DNA of 64,000 nucleotides from an uncultured archaeon (GTDB lineage Archaea; Iainarchaeota; Iainarchaeia; Iainarchaeales; JAAZKV01). Position 1 is the stretch's first letter, and each line of letters begins with the position of its first letter. Position numbers and translations under genes: made by a program. The notes under the pieces are model-generated. The model made no database searches, was not told the DNA's origin, and worked only from the letters and a program-made list of their open reading frames with translations. The DNA lies in the NCBI GenBank assembly GCA_964534045.1, contig CAZHNO010000001.1, positions 1,786-65,785 on the forward strand. The letters run 5' to 3'. Shown in pieces: positions 57,220 through 64,000 of the stretch.

Positions 57220-57987
57220 ATGAATAATATTGCTTTGATAATTGCTCACAATGAAGCAGCCACCATAAAAAATGTAGTTGCTGGTTTATTGCAGGTTAAA
57301 AAAGAAGGAGTAATTCAAAGAGTAGTTCTTGTAAATGATGGAAGCACTGATAGCACAGCTAAAATTGCAAAATCACTTGGTGCTGAAATTATTAATCTCC
57401 CAAGAAATGTTGGTAAAGGACAAGCATTTATTGAGGGAGTAAATTTTTGTGCTAAACAAAGAGCTGATAATGTTCTTATGTTCGATGGAGATTTATTAGA
57501 AGTAAAAACAAAACAAGTAAAAAAACTATTAAAGCCATTAAAGAATCCTAAAACAAAAATGGTTATTGGTTCTGTTAAAGGGGATGGCACAGCAATGAGT
57601 GGAGAAAGAGCAATAAAAATGAGTGCATTGAAACCATTATATCAGGCACAAAATAAAAATTGGATAAGCCATATGCAAGGCTTCGGTTTAGAACCAACAT
57701 TAAATCATTATCTTGGATATAAAACAATTTTTTTACCAAAAATATTTGATAAAATTGGCGGAAGCATATACAATGGTTGGCATCCTTTTAGACAAAGCGT
57801 AAAATATGCAAGAACTAATTTCAGAGCTCTCCCCCCAAATAAAAGAGGATTTTATGTTACAGAAGAGCTTTTGAATAAAAGATTAGAATTAATCGGACGA
57901 GAAAATTCAGCAAGATTAATAAAAAAGGCTAGAAAACTTAATAAAAAAGGAAAAACAAAAAATCAAATAAAAAAAGCTCTCCACTAA
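57220..57987 (+). CDS. GT2-family glycosyltransferase (dolichyl-phosphate glycosyltransferase-like)
   Basis: IALIIAHNEAATI...VVLVNDGSTDST...D.D(GDL). A basic C-terminal tail follows. Confidence 0.7.
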   Translation: MNNIALIIAHNEAATIKNVVAGLLQVKKEGVIQRVVLVNDGSTDSTAKIAKSLGAEIINLPRNVGKGQAFIEGVNFCAKQRADNVLMFDGDLLEVKTKQVKKLLKPLKNPKTKMVIGSVKGDGTAMSGERAIKMSALKPLYQAQNKNWISHMQGFGLEPTLNHYLGYKTIFLPKIFDKIGGSIYNGWHPFRQSVKYARTNFRALPPNKRGFYVTEELLNKRLELIGRENSARLIKKARKLNKKGKTKNQIKKALH

Positions 57988-58036
57988 AAAAGTACTAAAC
58001 AATCAGATTTATATTCATTAAATACTTATTTTTAAT

Positions 58037-58930
58037 ATGGCTAAAGAAAGCACTAATAAGCAAGGCAAAAAAACAGTTAATTCTAAAAAAATTAAAAATA
58101 ATAATAAAAAGAATGAAAACTTGAAGAAAACAATTATTGTTAATCCAAATATTAATAGAAAAAAAGTTACAAGAAAAGCTGGGCCTAATTTGAAGGGAGA
58201 AAAACAAATTGAAACTTTTTTAAAAAACATGAATTTTGAGTACACTAAACACAAAAAAATATTTGATTTGAAAGGAGATTCTAAAGAATATAGAAAACCT
58301 GATTTTTATTTACCCAAATATAATTTATCAATAGAATATTTTGGGAGTTGGAGTGAAAAAAAAGATTTTTTTAGTAAAAAAGAAGTTGAAAGGTTTTTGA
58401 AAAAAGTTTTTGTTTATCATTCAAATAAATTAAATTGTGTATTTATTTATCCAAAATATCTAGATATTGCTCCAACACTAATTCTAAAAGCAGTTAATAA
58501 GAACAATACAGAAAATGCTTACCAAGACATAATGTTTCCTTGGATGAATTATGATAGAATTGAAGAACCTTTACCTGAAGATTTTATTAACAAACCATTA
58601 AGATGGAAAATTGAATGGTTGGACCAAGCAAAAATAGAACCTCCATTAGCAAGTGATTTTGAAGAAGAAAGAAAACCACTTGATTGGTATTTACCTTGGC
58701 TTTATGAAGAAAAAATAGATGAGCCATTAGCAAGTGATTTTATTAAAAAGGAAAAAAGAAAAGTTGTCGTTTCTGCTGAGCCAATTGAAAATTCAGTTGA
58801 ACCAAAAATAAAAGAAACAAATCCTTTTTTTATGGATAATGTAGTTAGTTTGATTGGTTTGGCATTAATCATTGCAATAATTGTTTTAATAGTAATATTT
58901 ATTTTAATGATAATTAATTTTGGTTTCTAG
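58037..58930 (+). CDS. Membrane protein with N-terminal Vsr/DUF559-like domain (paralog of 14333..15205)
   Basis: YRKPDFYLPKYNLSIEYFGSWSEKK shares its core with 14333..15205. Has three W/acidic repeats (EPLPEDF / EPPLASDF / EPLASDF) and a single C-terminal TM. Confidence 0.4.
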   Translation: MAKESTNKQGKKTVNSKKIKNNNKKNENLKKTIIVNPNINRKKVTRKAGPNLKGEKQIETFLKNMNFEYTKHKKIFDLKGDSKEYRKPDFYLPKYNLSIEYFGSWSEKKDFFSKKEVERFLKKVFVYHSNKLNCVFIYPKYLDIAPTLILKAVNKNNTENAYQDIMFPWMNYDRIEEPLPEDFINKPLRWKIEWLDQAKIEPPLASDFEEERKPLDWYLPWLYEEKIDEPLASDFIKKEKRKVVVSAEPIENSVEPKIKETNPFFMDNVVSLIGLALIIAIIVLIVIFILMIINFGF

Positions 58931-58958
58931 AACAAATTAATACTTAATCAAATTTTAA

Positions 58959-59336
58959 TTAATCAGATTTCCACAAACCATGAATATTACAATATGCTCT
59001 TGCTGAAACTTTTTTCCCAGTAACACAAAACTCTGCTATTGGTTTTTCATTTGGAGAAAAATCTTTTCTATAAACTTTTCCATCAACTTCTAATTCAACC
59101 CATTCAATATAATGTGCTTCTTCCATTGGATGCAAAACAGAACCAATACTTACTTTATAACCTGTTTCAATTTTTTCAATTATTGGTTTGTGTTTTTCTG
59201 TGCCTTCTTCTCCACTTTTTTCTTTCATTAAATCCATGTTTTTTCCACAACAAACCAACGTTCCAATACCATTATGCATTACTTCAACAATATTCCCACA
59301 AATCATACATTTGTAAATTTGTTTATTTTCAGTCAT
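58959..59336 (-). CDS. dfx: Desulfoferrodoxin (2Fe superoxide reductase)
   Basis: [12 protein letters not shown]...LVCCG desulforedoxin-type N-terminal Fe site. [20 protein letters not shown] and CNIHGLW form the SOR centre II. 125 aa from the internal Met. Confidence 0.85.
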   Translation of the reverse strand: MTENKQIYKCMICGNIVEVMHNGIGTLVCCGKNMDLMKEKSGEEGTEKHKPIIEKIETGYKVSIGSVLHPMEEAHYIEWVELEVDGKVYRKDFSPNEKPIAEFCVTGKKVSARAYCNIHGLWKSD

Positions 59337-59476
59337 TTTAACACCCAAATGAATAAGTTTTAAGTTATTAAAAAGCTAATGATTTTGCTTAAAAACTTAT
59401 AAAAATTTGCACAAACACTCAAATCAAAAAAATTCAATTAATAAGCTTTATAAATAATACCAAATTCAATATTTCT

Positions 59477-59559
59477 GCGGAGTTGGCAGAGTGGTCAAAT
59501 GCGCCTGCCTTGAGAGCAGGTTCCTTCCAGGAGCGGGGGTTCAAATCCCTCACTCCGCG
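59477..59559 (+). tRNA. tRNA-Ser (anticodon UGA)
   Basis: 7-bp acceptor stem GCGGAGT/ACTCCGC. Anticodon stem CCTGC/GCAGG with loop CTTGAGA gives anticodon TGA. Long variable arm, T-loop TTCAAAT, discriminator G, no encoded CCA. Confidence 0.8.
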
Positions 59560-59562
59560 TTT

Positions 59563-60033
59563 TTATTTCCCTTTTAGCGCAATAAACCATTTTCTTTCTT
59601 TGTCAAATAATGGTTTTGCTGCCCACATTTTTAGAAATTTATTTATTGGAAGTGAATGGTTTTGCCCATAATAAGGATCCATCAAAATTACTTTTCCATT
59701 TTTTATTCCATTAAAAACAGTATAATGATTTTCTTTCATTTCTGGCGGATGGTAAGATAATAAAATAAAATATCCTTTTGCTCTAAGTGAAGATATTCTT
59801 TGTAAAGTTGAATTTTGTTCAACAACATGTTCAAACTTGTGTTTTCTTGCAAATTTTACTAAATCAATGTTGTTAGTTCCACGAATGGGGTTTGCACCTA
59901 GTTCTTAGATTAACAATTCTCGACTGGCTTTTTTTCCCATTGAGTGCATTATCATTTTCAATGCATTTGGTCCACAAGTCCAAGCTCGTCTTTGACCAAA
60001 AAATTTTTTTACTTTAGGAACTTTTGGAGGCAT
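59563..60033 (-). pseudogene. C39-like (bacteriocin-processing, papain-fold) peptidase domain gene interrupted by an in-frame TAA
   Basis: Reverse-strand translation MPPKVPKVKKFFGQRRAWTCGPNALKMIMHSMGKKASRELLI*ELGANPIRG...HYTVFNG...ILMDPYYG contains the C39 Q/Cys motif (Q..AWTCG.A..M....G) and the downstream His (HYTV) and Asp (MDP). The in-frame stop is at 59906-59908. Confidence 0.45.
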
Positions 60034-60058
60034 AATAAATTATCATTATGAAGTTTTT

Positions 60059-60364
60059 TTATATTGCTGCCATTCCAATGAAAACAAGCACTTCATAAAC
60101 AAGGAATGCTGGCCAAACAAGTGCTTTCAAAAAACCAAGCATTGCCATCCAAATATCTGGAGCTGTGCTAATGTAATAAACAGCTGCACCAATAAAACCG
60201 AGGAAATAAAATGCTCCTCCACAACCACAACTAACATTATTTTTTATATTCCAAGAACTACATTTGTCTTCTTTACACTCTTCATCTATTTTTGCTCCAA
60301 TAGTTTTACCTATTTCACTCCACTTTGTTTTATCATTTTTTTTATTTGAAGAACTTTTTTTCAT
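60059..60364 (-). CDS. Small protein: N-terminal Cys4 knuckle / GG-containing leader plus two hydrophobic helices
   Basis: MKKSSSNKKNDKTKWSEIGKTIGAKIDEECKEDKCSSWNIKNNVSCGCGG followed by 52 hydrophobic residues. Lies directly upstream, on the same strand, of the C39-like pseudogene. Confidence 0.4.
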   Translation of the reverse strand: MKKSSSNKKNDKTKWSEIGKTIGAKIDEECKEDKCSSWNIKNNVSCGCGGAFYFLGFIGAAVYYISTAPDIWMAMLGFLKALVWPAFLVYEVLVFIGMAAI

Positions 60365-60390
60365 CTATAACACTCCATAATCAAAAAAAC

Positions 60391-60801
60391 TTATTGAAAA
60401 GCCAAGAATATATTAAAAAAGAATAATTGTATTGTTTCAACAAAACCATGAGCTGTAACTTGAATGTTTCCTTTTTTTAATTGAGCAATTGCTTCTTTTG
60501 CAGGGTCATTTGAAGAAACCAATGCATTTTTTGCTCCCACACTTACATAAATACTATAATTTGGTTTTTCCATTACTCCTTCAATAACACTTGTTACTGC
60601 TTGGTTTTCAACTTTCACACCATATATTTGATTTGTTTCTCCATCCGTTACATTAACAATCGCATTTCCAAGAATACCAAATTCATTAAGCATTAATTTT
60701 ACATCAGAATCTGTAACTTGATTGCTATAATCAACTGCACTTACAAAAGAGAATAAACATAATAAAAGCAAAAAAATAATCAAAATGTTCTTAATTTGCA
60801 T
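60391..60801 (-). CDS. Secreted hypothetical protein
   Basis: 136 aa with an N-terminal signal peptide (…FSFVSAVDYS). Confidence 0.4.
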   Translation of the reverse strand: MQIKNILIIFLLLLCLFSFVSAVDYSNQVTDSDVKLMLNEFGILGNAIVNVTDGETNQIYGVKVENQAVTSVIEGVMEKPNYSIYVSVGAKNALVSSNDPAKEAIAQLKKGNIQVTAHGFVETIQLFFFNIFLAFQ

Positions 60802-60893
60802 ATTAATTTCTACAAAGTAAGTTATTAAAAAACCATTTGGAATTTATTTATTGAAACGCAATGTTTAAATACCATAATCAACATAATAGAATT

Positions 60894-61367
60894 ATGTTAA
60901 AACAGAAAGGACAAGGCACAATTGAATATTTGGTTATTATTGCAGTCATTGTTGTAATGGCTTTGGTTGTAGTAGCATTAATATCAAGTGTAGGTTCAGA
61001 TAGTGGTGAAATTCAATTAAAAAATTCTAGGGCATATTGGTCTGCTCAAAGCCCACTTGCAATTATTGACAGCAAGGTTGAAACTGATGGCACTATAACT
61101 CTCATAATAAAAAACACATCTGCAAGTAGTTTATCATTGAGTGCTGATTCGATTACTTTTGGTGGAGAAAATCTTACAATTACACCTGTTGATTTTGCCC
61201 CTTTTGCTGAAAAAGAAGTGACAATGGATTCTAGTTTTACAGGTTCGGAAGGAGATGTATTCTCACAGTCATTAATAATAGAATATGTTGTTTCTGAGTT
61301 ATCATTAACAAAAACAATTTCTGGAACCACTAATTTTGCAACACGATATCATTATCCAACAGGATAA
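60894..61367 (+). CDS. Archaeal type IV pilin-like protein (class III signal peptide, DUF361-like)
   Basis: MLKQKGQGTIEYLVIIAVIVVMALVVVALIS: short basic N-terminus, the KGQG cleavage region, a conserved Glu (TIEYL), then a hydrophobic helix. Typical of PibD/FlaK substrates. Confidence 0.55.
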   Translation: MLKQKGQGTIEYLVIIAVIVVMALVVVALISSVGSDSGEIQLKNSRAYWSAQSPLAIIDSKVETDGTITLIIKNTSASSLSLSADSITFGGENLTITPVDFAPFAEKEVTMDSSFTGSEGDVFSQSLIIEYVVSELSLTKTISGTTNFATRYHYPTG

Positions 61368-61481
61368 ATAATTTGCTTGCTTGCACAAAAGGACATAATG
61401 AAACAATTCATTGGAAATTTTAACAGGGGTTTGTAATTATAAAACTAAATTATAATTCCATTTGTATTAAACTCAGTTTAA

Positions 61482-62378
61482 CTACCCATCAATACCCGAA
61501 ATGATTAATCTTCTTATTTGTGTTCTGCATTCTTTTGATTCAATTGCAATTATTCCACTTTGTCCACCAAAAAAGTCTTTTTTATAATCAAAAAAGCCTT
61601 CTTTAAAATCATAAAAAGTTTCTATATATTCATCATTAACAAAAATAGAAATCTCATCTTTTAATTTAATTACTTTTATATTATTCCATTCTTGGTTGTT
61701 TAGATCAGTTTGAACAAACAACAAATTAAATTGCATTTCCCCATTTATTACTCGATTTAATTCAACTATGCCATCAGGGGTTATAATTAAATAAAAATGA
61801 TTGAATTGGTCCATATAATTAAAAATTATTTTTGAAGTTTGCCAGTTTTGCAATTCCAAACTATTTTCACAAGACAAAATTGCTTCTGGATAAAAATTTG
61901 ACAAACAATTTTCCTTTGTATAATTAGTCAATTTTTCACTAACTGAACATAAGTCTTCTTTCTCAACTAAAATCTTATTAATACATGCTTCAAAACGCAC
62001 ATTCTTATCAGCATAACTAGTTTTCAACTCTATTTCAAACGCATATTCAAGCGGGGCAATAAAACTATAAACTACTGGTTTGTTTGTATCTAAAATCCCA
62101 TTTCTTTGAACATAATAAAAATTTGCATCACTCATATTAGAATATTTTGAAAAGTCTTTTTCAAAAATAACTTTATCATCATTTAGCTTATAACCATCTT
62201 GAAAAAAGCTTTTTGAGGAAACAAAATCTTTGTCAATAAGTGTATATGATGTGAAAGAAAAAAGTAGGCAAATATATAATAATATCAAAAAAACAATTAA
62301 TCCGAGAAAAACTTTTCCTTCAAAAGAGTCTGCTTTAAAAAAATTGATAAATTTATTTAGCTTTTTGAGAGAAAACAT
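61482..62378 (-). CDS. N-terminally anchored hypothetical protein
   Basis: 298 aa with a single N-terminal TM. Confidence 0.4.
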   Translation of the reverse strand: MFSLKKLNKFINFFKADSFEGKVFLGLIVFLILLYICLLFSFTSYTLIDKDFVSSKSFFQDGYKLNDDKVIFEKDFSKYSNMSDANFYYVQRNGILDTNKPVVYSFIAPLEYAFEIELKTSYADKNVRFEACINKILVEKEDLCSVSEKLTNYTKENCLSNFYPEAILSCENSLELQNWQTSKIIFNYMDQFNHFYLIITPDGIVELNRVINGEMQFNLLFVQTDLNNQEWNNIKVIKLKDEISIFVNDEYIETFYDFKEGFFDYKKDFFGGQSGIIAIESKECRTQIRRLIISGIDG

Positions 62379-62432
62379 AATTTAAATTTAATAAAGAAAG
62401 GCTTTTAATAGAACTACATAATTATTATTTTA

Positions 62433-64000
62433 ATGAAACTAAACACCTTACCAAACGCAAAAGATATTGAACATTTTATCCAAAAATATTGGAAATATGT
62501 ACTGATAATCCTAATATTAGTTTCACTTTTTTTACCATTAATTGAAAATATTAAATACCCCCTTTTAACTAGTTATGACACCTGGCATTTTTTATCTTTT
62601 GGAACCCAAATAATTGAAAACAATGGAATTCCCATTTGGCAAAATTTAGATCATTTCCCTAGTGGGCGACCTTTTCTTTATCCTCCAATAGTCCCACTTT
62701 TGTTGGCCGTTTTTTCAATAATCAGCTCAATTGATTTATATTTAATAATAAAAATTAGCACAATAATAATGTACCCATTATACATTTTAGGCGCAATCTT
62801 TTTAGCAACAAAAATTACTGATTCTGACAAGAAAAGAGAAATTACTCTTTTATCAGCAGTAATATTACTAGGTTTTGTTCAAGCATATGTAAATTCAATA
62901 AATTCGCTTTCTCAAATTTTAGAAATACTTTTTATTTATTTATTAATTTATTTTATTTACAAGAAGAAATTCTATACAACCCCAATTATTTTAGGGACTA
63001 TGTTTTTTACACATTTTTTTACTCCATTTTTATCTTTTTTGGGAATTATTGGTTGCGGGATTTTTTCAGAAAATAAATCCGTTAGAAAAAAGCTTTTACT
63101 AGGAGCAATTATTGGTTTAGCAATTGGATGTATTTGGTTAATTAGATATTACTTATTTTCCGGATTTGTTCATATGAACAATCATATGCCAGAACACTTT
63201 ATTCTAAACGAGTTTTTTGTTTGGCGTTTTGTTATTGAAGGCCCAACTTTTTTAATCGTTTTAATAACATTCCTGGTTTTATATTTTACTTCAAATAAAA
63301 AAATAAAGAGCGAAATTATTGACAATAAATTAAATCAATTATTAATAATATTTTCAATTGCTTTTATTCCTGCGTTTATTTATCCTGAAAGAGCAGTAAC
63401 TTATGTTGCACCTTTTATCTCAATACTTTGTGCCCAATTAATTTTGAAAGCAAAGATTTCGCAACTAAAAATTGTAAGCTTGTTTTTGACTATCCCCTTA
63501 TTCATTGTGATAATATACTATATACTTGGGCCAAAAGTTTTTACCTACGAATATTCACTGCTATCTTACATAACAATATTTTTGTTTATTTCTGTTTTGT
63601 TAATAATGTTTTCAACTAGAATCAAATTAACCAAAAGTGTTTTTTTAGTAGTGTTTGTTTTGTTGTTATTTACTTATACTGACACAAACACAGTTGTCCC
63701 ATTTTTTTCATGGTACTCACCATCAATAATTAACGAAAAAGCCAACCCATATGGAATGGATGCTGCTGATTGGATTGTAGAACATTGCCCTGATGCAATA
63801 GTTGCAACCAATAACTATAAATTAGATGGTTATTTGGTTTATAAAAAAATCAAAACTACTGGTTATGTTGTTATAGAATTTAGCAAGCGGGGAGCTGTAA
63901 CGGAAACTGCAGGGGCAACACATTTTATTAGTGTTGGTTTTTTTGATACAAAAACCATTGCTTATAATGATTTTTTTGGAAGTGAAAAGTATAAAATAAT
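62433..64000 (+). CDS. Large polytopic membrane protein (3'-truncated by window end), possibly GT-C-fold glycosyltransferase-like
   Basis: Frame 3 is open from the ATG at 62433 to the window end (over 520 codons). At least 11 hydrophobic helices. Not in the ORF track because it has no stop inside the window. Confidence 0.4.
   Translation, partial: MKLNTLPNAKDIEHFIQKYWKYVLIILILVSLFLPLIENIKYPLLTSYDTWHFLSFGTQIIENNGIPIWQNLDHFPSGRPFLYPPIVPLLLAVFSIISSIDLYLIIKISTIIMYPLYILGAIFLATKITDSDKKREITLLSAVILLGFVQAYVNSINSLSQILEILFIYLLIYFIYKKKFYTTPIILGTMFFTHFFTPFLSFLGIIGCGIFSENKSVRKKLLLGAIIGLAIGCIWLIRYYLFSGFVHMNNHMPEHFILNEFFVWRFVIEGPTFLIVLITFLVLYFTSNKKIKSEIIDNKLNQLLIIFSIAFIPAFIYPERAVTYVAPFISILCAQLILKAKISQLKIVSLFLTIPLFIVIIYYILGPKVFTYEYSLLSYITIFLFISVLLIMFSTRIKLTKSVFLVVFVLLLFTYTDTNTVVPFFSWYSPSIINEKANPYGMDAADWIVEHCPDAIVATNNYKLDGYLVYKKIKTTGYVVIEFSKRGAVTETAGATHFISVGFFDTKTIAYNDFFGSEKYKI

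Noticed and set aside
59483-59671. 62-aa ORF overlapping tRNA-Ser
   Set aside because: It is the tRNA sequence read as protein (MAEWSNAPALRAGS...). No coding support.
1-64000. Stop-codon reassignment as an explanation for the in-frame TAA in the C39-like gene
   Set aside because: TAA, TAG and TGA each terminate conserved genes at the expected length (TAG ends tyrA at 1687-1689, TAA ends L21e, TGA ends the FAD oxidoreductase at 43806-43808). A genome-wide recoding is therefore not supported. A local pseudogene or sequencing error is more likely.

Overview
The window is an AT-rich (about 30% GC by eye) stretch of an archaeal chromosome, probably from a small-genome DPANN-type archaeon. Archaeal markers are present throughout. 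These are the conserved L21e-RpoF-DUF655-KsgA cluster, a diphthamide-synthetase (MJ0570-type) domain, an archaeal class-III (pilin-like) signal peptide and TTTAAATA-type TATA boxes. TAA, TAG and TGA all terminate well-conserved genes, so there is no evidence of stop-codon reassignment. The first 18 kb is core housekeeping: prephenate dehydratase and dehydrogenase, L21e, RpoF, KsgA, TyrRS, AMP phosphorylase plus ribose-1,5-bisphosphate isomerase, thioredoxin reductase, a CPA1 Na+/H+ antiporter, an FKBP, and a DEAD-box helicase with a long G/S/R/Y-rich tail. From 18.2 to 27.5 kb lies a sugar and small-molecule biosynthetic island. Its centre is a tightly overlapped five-gene minus-strand operon. 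That operon holds a truncated class-I LysRS-like ligase (catalytic domain only), a radical-SAM/SPASM enzyme, a nucleoside 2-deoxyribosyltransferase-like protein, a GT-B-like protein and an unknown protein. A second, degenerate TyrRS/TrpRS-like domain fused to a winged helix is transcribed divergently from it. I consider this the best candidate for an undescribed system. From 27.5 to 46.5 kb is an accessory and defense-like island. It contains a GNAT, a Cas4-like Fe-S PD-(D/E)xK nuclease coupled to a 2H phosphoesterase, a transglutaminase-like protein, an Excalibur lipoprotein, a C5-methyltransferase with a convergent small putative restriction enzyme, a protein with an Rx4H (HEPN-like) motif, and a 4.4 kb mosaic of duplicated promoter/5'-leader modules around three paralogous small membrane-protein genes. 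That mosaic includes a 424-bp direct repeat pair. The island also holds a 20-bp direct-repeat-flanked NYN+RHH cassette and a RelB/RelE pair. The remainder carries a 1309-aa cysteine-rich surface protein, a NUDIX hydrolase, a MacB/FtsX-type ABC transporter with two permease paralogs, an asparagine-synthase::Dph6-like fusion, a GT2, desulfoferrodoxin, tRNA-Ser(UGA), a C39-like peptidase with an in-frame stop, and a pilin-like protein. No CRISPR array, rRNA, integrase or transposase was recognised. All calls come from reading the translated ORFs and the DNA by eye. No database search was run.
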